From assembly GCA_903896015.1 (NCBI GenBank), contig CAITWF010000098.1, forward strand, positions 1 to 64,000: DNA of 64,000 nucleotides, written 5' to 3'. This document shows positions 18,956-27,842 of the stretch, piece after piece. The stretch is from an uncultured Opitutia bacterium (GTDB taxonomy: Bacteria; Verrucomicrobiota; Verrucomicrobiia; Opitutales; Opitutaceae). The position numbers and the translations under genes are program-made. How positions within the stretch are numbered: position 1 is the first letter of the stretch; each line of letters begins with the position of its first letter. Under the pieces are notes generated by a model, which was given only the letters and a program-made list of their open reading frames with translations, was not told where the DNA came from and did no database searches.

Positions 18956-19368
18956 GTGTGCGCCTGGGTTGAGGTGGCGCTGGAAAGGGTGGTAGCGGCG
19001 CCGGGTGGCGCCGGAGTTTCGGCGGACAGGGCGCGGACGCCGCGCGGCGCGAGCTGCTGCTCGATCAAGCGGCCAATGCCGAGGCCGGAGCCGGCACTGA
19101 GGGACTTGGCGAGCGTGTCGGTGACGAGGTCGCCATAGACGCCGCCCGCGGTGCTGTCGCCGGAGCTGACCATGGAGGCCATGGTCTTGCCGAGGAGCTG
19201 ACGGACGAAAATTGCCTCGAACTGCGCGCCGACGGCTGCGCGCTGCTCGGCCTCGGAGGCGGTGCGCAACGCGGCGCCGGTGAGCTTGGAGGCGCGCGAG
19301 TGTTCGATCTTCGAGAGCGCGATCTGTTGCGCTGGCGCGGTGGGACTGGAAATCGCGGCGAGGTCCAT
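18952..19368 (-). CDS. flgJ: Rod-binding protein (FlgJ N-terminal domain only, no muramidase domain)
   Basis: QFEAIFVRQLLGKTMASM ... GLGIGRLIEQQL matches the FlgJ rod-binding domain consensus (FEALFLQQMLKSM ... GLGLADVL..QL). 138 aa. Confidence 0.6.
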   Translation of the reverse strand: MDLAAISSPTAPAQQIALSKIEHSRASKLTGAALRTASEAEQRAAVGAQFEAIFVRQLLGKTMASMVSSGDSTAGGVYGDLVTDTLAKSLSAGSGLGIGRLIEQQLAPRGVRALSAETPAPPGAATTLSSATSTQAHT

Positions 19369-19371
19369 GGC

Positions 19372-20469
19372 TCAGTTGATCACCAGCTCGGCCTGAAGCG
19401 CGCCGCTGCGCTTGAGCGTTTGAAAGATCGCCATCATATCGCGGGTGGAAACGCCGAGGGCGTTGAGCGCAGCGGCCAGCCGCTCAATGCTCGGCTGCTC
19501 AGAAAATATCGTGAACGCGCCCTTCCCCTCGTTGACCGCGGTCTGCGTGCTCTGCACGGGTGTCGTGGTCCCGTTGCTGAACGCTCCCGGCTGGCTGGCG
19601 CCCTGCTGATTCGTCACGGTGATCGTGAGCGAGCCGTGCGCGATCGCGACCTGCGAGAGCCGGACGGTCGAGGTCGCGACGATCGTGCCAGTGCGCTCGT
19701 TAATCACGATGCGGGCCAGCGTGTCCGGCGTGGCTTCAATCTGGCCAAGGTCGGCAATGAACATCACGTCGCGGCCGCGATAGTCGTCGGGCAACTTCAC
19801 CGTGACGGTCGCCGAATCGATCGGGAGGGCGATGCCGGCCCAACGGGTGTTGATCGCCTCGGCGAGGCGCGACGCGGACGTGAAGTCGGGGTTGTGCAGC
19901 AGAAGGCGGAGTTGGTTGTCGTGGACAAACGTCGCCGGGACTTCGCGCTCCACGATCGCACCACTGGAAATGTTGCCGACAGTCGGGTGATTTTTTTGGA
20001 CAGTCGCGCCGCCCGCGCCGCCCGCGCCGCCGAGGAAGCCGCCGATCGCGACGGGGCCCTGCGCGACGGCGTAGACACGGCCGTCGGCACCGAGCAGCGG
20101 AGTCTGGAGGAGCACCCCACCCTGCAAGGTCTTCGCATCGCCCATGGAGGCGACGTTCACATCGATGCGCGCGCCGGGTTTCAAAAACGCGCTCAGGTCC
20201 GCGGTGATCATCACGGCGGCGACATTCTTCGCCTTGATGTCGGTCGGGTTGAGCTGGAGTCCGTAGCGCTGGAGGACGTTGGCGACGCTGCGCAGTGTGG
20301 CGGCGGCATTTGAGTCACCATCGCCCGCGAGGCCGACGACGATACCGTAACCGACGATCTGATTATCGCGGCCGCCCTCGACAATCGTGAGGTCCTTCAG
20401 GCGCGAGGCGGAGACCGCGAGCGGCGCGAGGAGCGCGGCGGTCAGAAAAATTTTTAACATCCGTGTCAT
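19372..20469 (-). CDS. flgI: FlgI P-ring protein
   Basis: Signal peptide; RLKDLTIVEGGRDNQIVGYGIVVGLAGDGD and LVIN C-terminus typical of FlgI. Confidence 0.93.
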   Translation of the reverse strand: MTRMLKIFLTAALLAPLAVSASRLKDLTIVEGGRDNQIVGYGIVVGLAGDGDSNAAATLRSVANVLQRYGLQLNPTDIKAKNVAAVMITADLSAFLKPGARIDVNVASMGDAKTLQGGVLLQTPLLGADGRVYAVAQGPVAIGGFLGGAGGAGGATVQKNHPTVGNISSGAIVEREVPATFVHDNQLRLLLHNPDFTSASRLAEAINTRWAGIALPIDSATVTVKLPDDYRGRDVMFIADLGQIEATPDTLARIVINERTGTIVATSTVRLSQVAIAHGSLTITVTNQQGASQPGAFSNGTTTPVQSTQTAVNEGKGAFTIFSEQPSIERLAAALNALGVSTRDMMAIFQTLKRSGALQAELVIN

Positions 20470-20484
20470 GGAAAAACGCAGCGG

Positions 20485-21126
20485 TCAGATCGGGCGGAGC
20501 TTTTCGTAAACCTTGGCGAGCCAGCCGCGCTTCTGCGCGTCAGTGAGCGAGCCTTCGCTGTAGAATTCGACTTTCGCGTCGGCGATGTTGCTCGATTGGA
20601 CGGTGTTGTCGCGGGCGATGTCGTCGGGCCGCGCGAGGCCGTGGAGCACGACGTATTGCGTCTCGCCGGAGAACGTCACGACGCGGACGCCCTCGAGGAC
20701 GAGGTTGCCGTTGGGCAGCACGTCGGTGACGAGAACGGCGGCGCGGGCGGTGAGGCTCTGAGTGTTGCTCACGTCACCGCCGCCGGAATAGCTGGCCTTG
20801 CCGGTGATCGAGGTGGCGGGCAGGCCGCCGGCGTGCGTGCCGAGACCGCTGGTCGCGGGGTTGAAGAGGAATTGGGAAACGGCGTCGGAGATGCTGGAGT
20901 CGCGCGTGGATTTCTTGCTCTGCGAACTCGTCGCGGCGGCCGACTCGTCGATCACGATCGTGAGGATGTCGCCCTTCGCCGCGGCCTTGCGATCGGCGAC
21001 CATGCCGAGCTGACCGGCGGAACCGGCGGCGGGCCAGAGCGAATCGGCACGGGCGCCAACCGCGAGCAGCGCGGCGGCGAGGAAAAACTTAGAAGCGGAC
21101 TTGAACATGGTTTTCATCGATGACAA
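20485..21126 (-). CDS. flgH: FlgH L-ring lipoprotein
   Basis: Signal peptide; GDILTIVIDESAAA ... VVLHGLARPDDI ... motifs. Confidence 0.9.
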   Translation of the reverse strand: MSSMKTMFKSASKFFLAAALLAVGARADSLWPAAGSAGQLGMVADRKAAAKGDILTIVIDESAAATSSQSKKSTRDSSISDAVSQFLFNPATSGLGTHAGGLPATSITGKASYSGGGDVSNTQSLTARAAVLVTDVLPNGNLVLEGVRVVTFSGETQYVVLHGLARPDDIARDNTVQSSNIADAKVEFYSEGSLTDAQKRGWLAKVYEKLRPI

Positions 21127-21823
21127 CAGCGGCGAAATTTTTCTGTGACTCGGGGTTGCGGACGGTGACCGTGTCGCCTTGCGCTCCGTTCTCCATCGCG
21201 AGCGCCTTCATGGTGACGACGAGCAGGCCGTCGGCAGCGGAGACCTCGACCATCTCACCTTTCTTCACGAGCGGACGCCGGGCGATATCGTGCCACGTGA
21301 GGAGGCGGCCGGCCGGGACGGCGCGGGCAAAAATGAACGTGCGATCGCCGACGGCGGCAGGCAGCACATCGCGCTCGCGAAAGAGATCGACGCGGCGCGC
21401 CTCAAGCATCGCGACATCAAAGGTCGTGCCGACCGTGAGCGGCTGGCGCGTGGCCCACGCATCGCGCCAGAGAGCGGCGCGAAGGACGAAGCTCGTTTCA
21501 CCGACGACCGCGCTACCGGCGGCAATCCGACAGCGCACGAGCATCGAGGACGACGGCATCGTCGGGTATTCGAGCACGGCAATCTGCCACGAGGGCGAGA
21601 CGCGCGCGGGCGGCGCCCAGTCGCGCAAGAGTTCCAGTTGGAGTTCACCCTCGAGATTGAAGTGAGCCGTGAGATCGCGCGTGAGAAGCGCGAGGAAATG
21701 TTCGCGCGTCAGCGGCGTGGACGATGCCGGCGCGGCCTCGGCCGCGCGCAGTTTCCACGCGGTCGCGAGGAGGACAGCGACAAAGATCGCGCGGAACAGG
21801 AAATTGAAGTTCGGCCGGCTCAT
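21089..21823 (-). CDS. flgA: FlgA P-ring assembly chaperone (SAF domain)
   Basis: Signal peptide, C-terminal SAF-like GEMVEVSAADGLLVVTMKALAMENGAQGDTVTVRN. Position between flgG and flgH. Confidence 0.7.
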   Translation of the reverse strand: MSRPNFNFLFRAIFVAVLLATAWKLRAAEAAPASSTPLTREHFLALLTRDLTAHFNLEGELQLELLRDWAPPARVSPSWQIAVLEYPTMPSSSMLVRCRIAAGSAVVGETSFVLRAALWRDAWATRQPLTVGTTFDVAMLEARRVDLFRERDVLPAAVGDRTFIFARAVPAGRLLTWHDIARRPLVKKGEMVEVSAADGLLVVTMKALAMENGAQGDTVTVRNPESQKNFAAVVIDENHVQVRF

Positions 21824-21824
21824 A

Positions 21825-22610
21825 TCAGCGTTTCATCTGCGCGACGTTCTGCAGCATTTCGTCCGAAGTCTGGATCGACTTGGAATTGATTTCGTACGCG
21901 CGCTGCGCGGTGATGAGGTTAACCATTTCCTCGACGATGTTGACGTTGGAGGACTCGGTGTAGCCTTGCACCGTGCTGCCGAAGCCGTTTTCACCCGGCT
22001 GGCCGGTCTCGGGAGTGCCGCTTGCCGCGGTCTCGGAATAAAGATTGCCGCCGATGCTCTGGAGGCCGGCCGGATTCGCGAAGCGCGCGAGCGTGAGCCG
22101 AAAGCTCTGCGAGCCGCTCGCAGTCTGCACAGTCACCTGGCCGTTTTCCGCGATGTTGACGGAACTCGCGCCCGGTGGAATCGGCTGAAAGCCGCTGAGC
22201 ACCGGAAGACCATCGACCGTGACGACCTGGCCCTGGGCGTTGAGCTTGAACGATCCGTCACGCGTAAAACCGATCGTGCCGTCGGGGCGCTGCACTTCGA
22301 AAAATCCGTCGCCTTGGATTGCCAGATCGAGGTTTCCGCCCGTCGCGGTGAGCTGGCCCTGCGTGAAAACTTTCGAGGTCGCGGCGACGCGCGTGCCGTT
22401 GCCGACTTCGGCGCCGGTGGGGACGATGTTGCCGCCGCCGGAATCGGTGCCCGAGGCGCGCGTGGGCTTCTGGTAGAGCAGATCCTGAAACTCGATCTTG
22501 CTGCGCTTGAAGCCGGGCGTGTTCACATTCGCGAGGTTGTTCGCGATCGTGTTGAGGTTGAGCTGCTGCGCCTCCATGCCGGTGGCGGCGGAATAAAGCG
22601 ATAGGTTCAT
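21825..22610 (-). CDS. flgG: FlgG distal rod protein
   Basis: 261 aa; N-terminal ...NNLANVNTPGFK and C-terminal LEESNVNIVEEMVNLITAQRAYE motifs. Confidence 0.93.
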   Translation of the reverse strand: MNLSLYSAATGMEAQQLNLNTIANNLANVNTPGFKRSKIEFQDLLYQKPTRASGTDSGGGNIVPTGAEVGNGTRVAATSKVFTQGQLTATGGNLDLAIQGDGFFEVQRPDGTIGFTRDGSFKLNAQGQVVTVDGLPVLSGFQPIPPGASSVNIAENGQVTVQTASGSQSFRLTLARFANPAGLQSIGGNLYSETAASGTPETGQPGENGFGSTVQGYTESSNVNIVEEMVNLITAQRAYEINSKSIQTSDEMLQNVAQMKR

Positions 22611-22633
22611 GCGGCGGGGGCGCTAAGGTCTGC

Positions 22634-22680
22634 GACTGCAGGGGCCGGCCCGGCCCCATACCGGGCTCGGCCATGCAGTC
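22634..22680 (-). other. Nested GC-rich stem-loop in the 113-nt flgF-flgG intergenic spacer
   Basis: Outer arms GACTGCA/TGCAGTC enclose inner GGGGCCGG/CCGGCCCC. Seen directly. Confidence 0.3.
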
Positions 22681-22723
22681 GTGATTGCGGTTGTCTGTCT
22701 GGGGAAGTCATGGAAACGAGGCG

Positions 22724-23476
22724 TCAGCCGAGCGCGTCGAAGGTCTTCTGCATCGACTGGTCAACGGTGGTCATGATTTTCTGGTTGGCCTCGTAGGCCC
22801 GGGAAATGAGAACGAGATCGACCATCTCGCGGAGCGGCGTGACGTTGCTCGCTTCGAGGTAGCCCTGCAGGATTTGCGGGTTGTCAACGGAGGTCGGCGC
22901 CGCCGCGCCGGGCGCCGTCGCAAAATACCCGCCGGCGATCGGAATGAGCTGCGAGTTATCGTCGAACTTCTTCACGGCCAGCTTGCCCAGGTGCGTCGAA
23001 CCCTGGGCGATTGATCCGTCGGGATTGATCGTCACGGCGCCACCGTTGGCCGCCAGAAGGATCGGCGAACCCGAATCACTCATCACCTCATCGCCTGTGG
23101 AGGTGACGAGCGTGCGGTCCGCGCGCATGCGAAATTCACCGCTGCGTGTGTAAACCTTCGAGCCATCGGGACGCTGAATCTCAAAAAAACCCTCGCCCTG
23201 GATCGCGGCGTCGAGTTCCCGGCGGGTCGGCTGCGTCTCTCCATTCTGAAAATTGATTCCGGTGGTCGTCTTCGGAAAGAGCACCGGGACGGAGCCTTCG
23301 CTGCCGATCCGCGCCTTCGTGTTGGGTTGCAGTTCGCCGGCCGCCTGCGTCGAGAAACTGATCGTGCGCTTGCGGTAACCGGTCTCCTGACTCGACGTAA
23401 TGTTTTGCGAGACCATGTCCTGCCATCGCTCGAGGGCGGCGAGGGCTGAGGCACTTTGATAGAGTCCGACATTCAT
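22724..23476 (-). CDS. flgF: FlgF proximal rod protein
   Basis: MNVGLYQSASAL N-terminus, C-terminal LEASNV..L.EMVDLVLISRAYEAN. Start trimmed to MNVGLY. Confidence 0.85.
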   Translation of the reverse strand: MNVGLYQSASALAALERWQDMVSQNITSSQETGYRKRTISFSTQAAGELQPNTKARIGSEGSVPVLFPKTTTGINFQNGETQPTRRELDAAIQGEGFFEIQRPDGSKVYTRSGEFRMRADRTLVTSTGDEVMSDSGSPILLAANGGAVTINPDGSIAQGSTHLGKLAVKKFDDNSQLIPIAGGYFATAPGAAAPTSVDNPQILQGYLEASNVTPLREMVDLVLISRAYEANQKIMTTVDQSMQKTFDALG

Positions 23477-23529
23477 GGTCGCGGTCACTTAAGCCAACCC
23501 CATGCCGCGACTCGCCAGTCATACGCAAC

Positions 23530-23600
23530 TCACTATTCCGCAATCAACTAAACTTCTCTAAATTTCTCCGGAAAACTTTTCCCCAGGTCGGAAAACCGCG
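23530..23600 (-). promoter_or_regulatory. AT-rich promoter-like tract upstream of flgF
   Basis: ~70-nt AT-rich island (GAAATTTAGAGAAGTTTAGTTGATTGCGGAATAG) right after a strong terminator; weak sigma28-like -10 (GCGGAATA). Inference. Confidence 0.3.
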
Positions 23601-23624
23601 GCGGCAGGATTTGCCGGCCGGATC

Positions 23625-23650
23625 AAAAAAGCCCGGCCCACTGGCCGGGC
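23625..23650 (-). terminator. Rho-independent terminator ending the flhB...motAB transcription unit
   Basis: GCCCGGCC-AGTG-GGCCGGGC hairpin followed by TTTTTT on the minus strand, 15 nt after the stop of the small ORF downstream of motB. Confidence 0.7.
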
Positions 23651-23664
23651 CGGGAACGAAGCCG

Positions 23665-23913
23665 CTAGCTTCCCGCCAGGTAGAGGCACTCCACCTCGAC
23701 GCGTTCGCCGCAGACGCAGGTCACGATCAGTCGCACGACCTTGTCGCCCTCCTTCACGGCTTCGACGTGCGCCGTCGCGGGAGCGGCGGCGGCAGCCGGT
23801 CCAGGGGCGCGCTGTGGCCGGCACAGGGGTGCTTGCGCAGGTCCCGGCGCATGGGACGGGCGCCCGAGGGCCTCGGCTTTCAAAATTCTTTTTCCCTGCA
23901 AAAACGAGTTCAT
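23665..23913 (-). CDS. Small hypothetical Cys-containing protein (82 aa) translationally coupled to motB
   Basis: ATG overlaps the motB TGA (ATGA). Ends 15 nt before the terminator. C-terminal VTCVCGERVEVEC motif. No family recognised. Confidence 0.45.
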   Translation of the reverse strand: MNSFLQGKRILKAEALGRPSHAPGPAQAPLCRPQRAPGPAAAAAPATAHVEAVKEGDKVVRLIVTCVCGERVEVECLYLAGS

Positions 23914-24707
23914 GTATTCGGGGTCTTTTCCTTCGCGACCTGGGTGAGCGGGACGGGCTTGTCGACGAGTTTGCTGTCCTTGAAACGCGGCGAGGCGCTG
24001 AGCGTAAGGCTGATGGTCACGCGCTGGTTGACCTCGGCTTCTGGGCTCTCGCCCTTCAGCGGCCGCGAGTCGGCATAGCCGGTCACCCGCTCCACGAGTT
24101 CGGGCTCGACGGCGAAGTGCACAAGGCTGCGCCGCGCGGCGTTCGCGCGATCGGCGGAAAGCTCCCAGCTCGAATAGCTCTCATCCTTGAACGCGATCTT
24201 CGCCTTCGTGTGGCCGTCGATCGCGACGTGAAAATGATGCCGGTCGATCGTCCAGGCGAGATTCTGCATGATGAACCTCCCCCACTCCGTGAACTCCGCG
24301 GTGTCGCCGACGAAGAGCGGCTGCTTCGCGCGATCAAACAGTGTCAGGCGCAGCCCGTCGGTGGTCACCTGTACATCAATCGGTTTGTCCTGCAGATCCT
24401 TGTCAAGGTGCAGCAGGCGGTAAAAGTCGGCGGCCACCGAACTCAGAAACGTGAGCTGGATTTGCTTGTCGCGGTTCTGATCCTTTTCCTCGCCCACCTC
24501 CTTGCCCTCGCTCTGCGAGGTCTTGTTGCTGTTGAAAGGGAGGACGCCCGAGGTGGCGTTCATCGGCGAGTGGAACGGGTTTTGGAAATACTTCGAGGTG
24601 GCGATCAGGATTTTCTGATCCTGCGAGGAAATCCATAGCACCATGAACAGCGCCATCATCGCGGTGACGAAGTCCGCGTAAGCCACCTTCCATGCACCTC
24701 CAGACAT
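23910..24707 (-). CDS. motB: MotB flagellar stator protein
   Basis: N-terminal TM with ADFVTAMMALFMVLW plug/TM region, C-terminal OmpA-like peptidoglycan-binding domain. Confidence 0.9.
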   Translation of the reverse strand: MSGGAWKVAYADFVTAMMALFMVLWISSQDQKILIATSKYFQNPFHSPMNATSGVLPFNSNKTSQSEGKEVGEEKDQNRDKQIQLTFLSSVAADFYRLLHLDKDLQDKPIDVQVTTDGLRLTLFDRAKQPLFVGDTAEFTEWGRFIMQNLAWTIDRHHFHVAIDGHTKAKIAFKDESYSSWELSADRANAARRSLVHFAVEPELVERVTGYADSRPLKGESPEAEVNQRVTISLTLSASPRFKDSKLVDKPVPLTQVAKEKTPNT

Positions 24708-24715
24708 GCTAGGAG

Positions 24716-24748
24716 GGAGTTGACGGTTGAAGGTTGAACATTGAAAGC
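24716..24748 (-). repeat. Tandem heptamer repeats (plus-strand GGTTGAA x3-4) in the atypical 120-nt motA-motB spacer
   Basis: Seen directly: gagttgacGGTTGAAGGTTGAACATTGAAagc. Confidence 0.4.
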
Positions 24749-24827
24749 ATGGCGCGGAATCCGTCGGGGAATTGGAGGGTTCGGTCTTTCAACGTGAGGC
24801 TTGCAATTTTTCACTGCGCGCCGCGCA

Positions 24828-25688
24828 TCATTTCGCACCGAGGCCCTTGAGGGCCGTTTCAAGATCGGCGCCGCCGGGTTGCACGGAGCTGTCGAGGGAG
24901 CGGCGGGCGACTTCGACCGCGGTGAGCGGCGCGAGGCCCTTCGCAAAGCCGGCAATCGCCTGCATGATGCACTTCAGGAACTGCGCGTCGGACTGGTTGT
25001 TGAACTGCACCCGGTTTGCAAGGGGGTTGACGAAACCGTAGGCGACGAAGATTCCGAGCAGCGTGCCGACAAGCGCGGCGGCAACTTTTTCGCCGACCTT
25101 CTCGGGGCCTTCCGAGATGGCGGCCATAGTGTTGATGATACCGAGCACCGCCGCGACGATCCCGATGCCGGGTAGCGAGTCGCCTACGAGGTGGAGAATG
25201 TGCACCGGGTGCTCATTTTCGGTCACCTTTGCCTCGAGTTCGGCCTCCATCAGCGCCTCGAGCTGGTCCGGCTTGATCTTGCCGTCGATGACGGGCTTGA
25301 GGCCGTTGCAGATGAACTCGAGTCGCTCGTGATGATTCATGACCGAGGGATACCGCTGGAAAATCGAACTCTTCTTCGGATCCATCACGTGCTCCTCGAG
25401 AGCGATCAGGCCGTTGCGCCGGCCCACCATGAAGATCTCGTAGAGGAGCTTGAGCACGTCGGTAAATTCCTTTTCGCCCGGAGACTTGCCGGTGAGGCAC
25501 TCCTTCACCTTGTGGACAACGTGCTTCAACACATGGCTGGGGCTCGCGATCACCAGCACGCCGAGGGCGACGCCGAGGATGACCACGAACTCCGCGACTT
25601 GGATCAAAACCAGCGGGTTGCCGCCCTCCATCAGGAAGCCGCCGAGGGTCGCCGCGATGACGATGAATGCTCCGACTAGAATCAACAT
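24828..25688 (-). CDS. motA: MotA flagellar stator protein
   Basis: 286 aa, four TM helices, conserved C-terminal TM3/TM4 region (GIINTMAAI...TLLGIFVAYGFVNPLA). Confidence 0.92.
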   Translation of the reverse strand: MLILVGAFIVIAATLGGFLMEGGNPLVLIQVAEFVVILGVALGVLVIASPSHVLKHVVHKVKECLTGKSPGEKEFTDVLKLLYEIFMVGRRNGLIALEEHVMDPKKSSIFQRYPSVMNHHERLEFICNGLKPVIDGKIKPDQLEALMEAELEAKVTENEHPVHILHLVGDSLPGIGIVAAVLGIINTMAAISEGPEKVGEKVAAALVGTLLGIFVAYGFVNPLANRVQFNNQSDAQFLKCIMQAIAGFAKGLAPLTAVEVARRSLDSSVQPGGADLETALKGLGAK

Positions 25689-25721
25689 ACGAGTGTTTGC
25701 CCGGCGCGGCGGGCCGGCGCG

Positions 25722-26516
25722 TCAGCGATTACGCACGCGCTGGAGGTAGGCCCGCAGGCCAAGGATGGTCTGCGCGTGAATTTGGCAGATACGCGACTCG
25801 GTGAGACCAAAAACGGTGGCGATTTCGGCGAGCCGCATGTTTTCAAAATAATACATAGCGAGGATCTTCCTTGGTATATCGGGCAATTCGGCGATCCGTT
25901 GAGAGAGAAGTTGCAAGAGCTCGGCTTTTTCCAGGTTGTCGCGGCCCGTGACGTCGGCCTCGTCGGCCAGCAGTTCGTGGAGCGAGGCGCCGTCTCCCTC
26001 CTCATTTTCGGCGTGCTGATCGATCGCGATAAAGGTGACGGGCTTCGCCTCCTCGACCCATTTCGCGTATTCCTTTTTGTCGAGGCCGAGCGCGGCGCAG
26101 ACTTCGTCATCCGTCGCGGCGCGGCCGTGCTTTTGCTCGACCTCGTTGATGGCGGTCTTGAGCTTGCGCGAGCGGGCGCGGGCGCGGCGCGGGCACCAAT
26201 CCATACGGCGGAGTTCGTCGAGGATTGCGCCGCGGATGCGGAGGGCGGCGTAGCTCGCGAACGTGCTGCCTTGCTCTGGATCGAACTTGCGGACGGCGGC
26301 GATGAGGCCGGTGATGCCGACGCTGTAGAGATCGTCGGCATCGACGTGCGCGGGCACGTTGAGCTTGATCCGGTCGACGACGTTGCGGACGAGGGGCAGA
26401 TACCGTTCGATCAAATCCTTTTCATCGACGGTGCCTGGGCTGACTCCCTGATACGCGCGCCAGGCGGCGGCGGGCGTAGCTTCCTTGCTGGGGAGTGTGG
26501 CGGTGGCGGTGTTCAT
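25722..26516 (-). CDS. fliA: FliA / sigma-28 (SigD-like) flagellar sigma factor
   Basis: Sigma70 region 2 (DLIERYLPLVRNVV...; VGITGLIAAVRKFDPEQGSTFASYAALRIRGAILDELR) and region 4 (RLAEIATVFGLTESRICQIHA). Confidence 0.9.
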   Translation of the reverse strand: MNTATATLPSKEATPAAAWRAYQGVSPGTVDEKDLIERYLPLVRNVVDRIKLNVPAHVDADDLYSVGITGLIAAVRKFDPEQGSTFASYAALRIRGAILDELRRMDWCPRRARARSRKLKTAINEVEQKHGRAATDDEVCAALGLDKKEYAKWVEEAKPVTFIAIDQHAENEEGDGASLHELLADEADVTGRDNLEKAELLQLLSQRIAELPDIPRKILAMYYFENMRLAEIATVFGLTESRICQIHAQTILGLRAYLQRVRNR

Positions 26517-26550
26517 GGAAGCGGAGGTATGTGGTTAGCTGACGGAAAAA

Positions 26551-26781
26551 TTATTTTTTAGCGGCGCCGGCGGCCGCGGTGGCGGCAGCGTGGCGTTGCA
26601 GGATCGTTTCACGGATGCCGCCCACGAGGACGGTCCAGAACCAGCGGAACAAAATCCCACCAGCGAGGCACCCGACGGCGCCATCGAGGAGGATGCGATC
26701 GGGTTGATGGCCGGCCCAGTAGCTGGCACCCGAAGTGATGACGAAGCCGGCGAAGCCGCCGGATAGAAAAACGAATTTCAT
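26551..26781 (-). CDS. Small two-TM membrane protein (76 aa) in the position normally occupied by flhG
   Basis: ATGA overlap with the flhF stop; hydrophobic MKFVFLSGGFAGFVI... Start trimmed from the 126-aa ORF. Confidence 0.4.
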   Translation of the reverse strand: MKFVFLSGGFAGFVITSGASYWAGHQPDRILLDGAVGCLAGGILFRWFWTVLVGGIRETILQRHAAATAAAGAAKK

Positions 26782-27839
26782 GGCGTGGAAGAGGAGTCGT
26801 CGTCCGGCAGCGTGCGGCGCACGATCGCGCCGGGGACATCGTCCTCGCAGTCGCCCGTGAGCGACGGACCGGTTGAGAGAAACAGCGGCTCGAGATCCTC
26901 GTCGAAGAGGTAGTCCCAGAGCTTGCCCCACTGCGGAACTTCATCGAGGTGCGTGAACACGAGGCGCGTCGCGCCGAGATCGCGGCCCGCGGCGTAAGCT
27001 TCGCGAAGCGACGCGCGATCGTAGGCAGCGTTGAGCACCAGCACGCGCTCCTGAACGAGTTCGCGATCGAGCCACGCAGCGAGCGCGGCATTGTCCGCCG
27101 GGCGCCGCACCGAAATGCCGGGCAGGTCGAAATAAACGAACCCGCCCGGCACGGCAGGCTGTGTCTCACACGGAAAATGAGCGAGCGGCACGCCGAGCGC
27201 CTCCGCGAAGACGGGCAGCGGCCCGAGCGGATTCGGGCGATCGAACTCGACGCTAACGATGTGGCCGGTGCGGCTGCGGCGGAAAACTTCGACGGCGATC
27301 CACTTGCAGAGCGCGGTTGTGCGGCCGACGCCGGGCGCGCCGAGAAATGCGGCACGGGAAAGCGGCGGACGCGGCGTGCGCGGCTCGGCCTGCGTGCGGA
27401 GGAGGCGCGACGTCTCGGCGAGCGCGCGGTGGAGCGGCAGCGAATTGAGTTCGGGCCAGTTCGCGCCGGATTGGAGGCGGTTGAGTGCGGTCTCGGTAAT
27501 GCCCGAGCGACGGAGCAAGCCGGTCAGCCCGATCGAGGGCGGAAGCTGCGTGAGCCGGTTCGTCGAGGGCGGCGTGACATCGTCGGCTCGCGCGGAGTCG
27601 CGGATCATTTCCGCGGGCGCAGATTCCGCGGGGGCGGTAATGATCGGATCGACTTGGGCGACGACTTCGAGACGCGGCGCGGTGAAGAATTTTTTCAGGC
27701 CGCTCGCCTCGATCGTGCGGACGGAGATCACGCGGGCGTGGGCGCCGAGTTTTTCGCGGATGAGCGCCACCGCCTGATCGGCGGATTGCACCGTGAACTT
27801 GTAGGTGCCGGGCGCGAAATTTTGGGACGACGTCGGCAT
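26778..27839 (-). CDS. flhF: FlhF SRP-like flagellar GTPase (divergent)
   Basis: G1 P-loop GAPGVGRTT, G4-like THLDE, basic N-terminal domain. Position after flhA. Confidence 0.65.
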   Translation of the reverse strand: MPTSSQNFAPGTYKFTVQSADQAVALIREKLGAHARVISVRTIEASGLKKFFTAPRLEVVAQVDPIITAPAESAPAEMIRDSARADDVTPPSTNRLTQLPPSIGLTGLLRRSGITETALNRLQSGANWPELNSLPLHRALAETSRLLRTQAEPRTPRPPLSRAAFLGAPGVGRTTALCKWIAVEVFRRSRTGHIVSVEFDRPNPLGPLPVFAEALGVPLAHFPCETQPAVPGGFVYFDLPGISVRRPADNAALAAWLDRELVQERVLVLNAAYDRASLREAYAAGRDLGATRLVFTHLDEVPQWGKLWDYLFDEDLEPLFLSTGPSLTGDCEDDVPGAIVRRTLPDDDSSSTP

Positions 27840-27842
27840 GGC

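Noticed and set aside
20485-21126. Alternative FlgH start at MKTMF (21117)
   Set aside because: Either start gives a plausible signal peptide. The boundary is kept at the ORF start for lack of evidence.
23611-24078. 155-aa plus-strand ORF
   Set aside because: Antisense to motB and to the small motB-coupled ORF, and low complexity.
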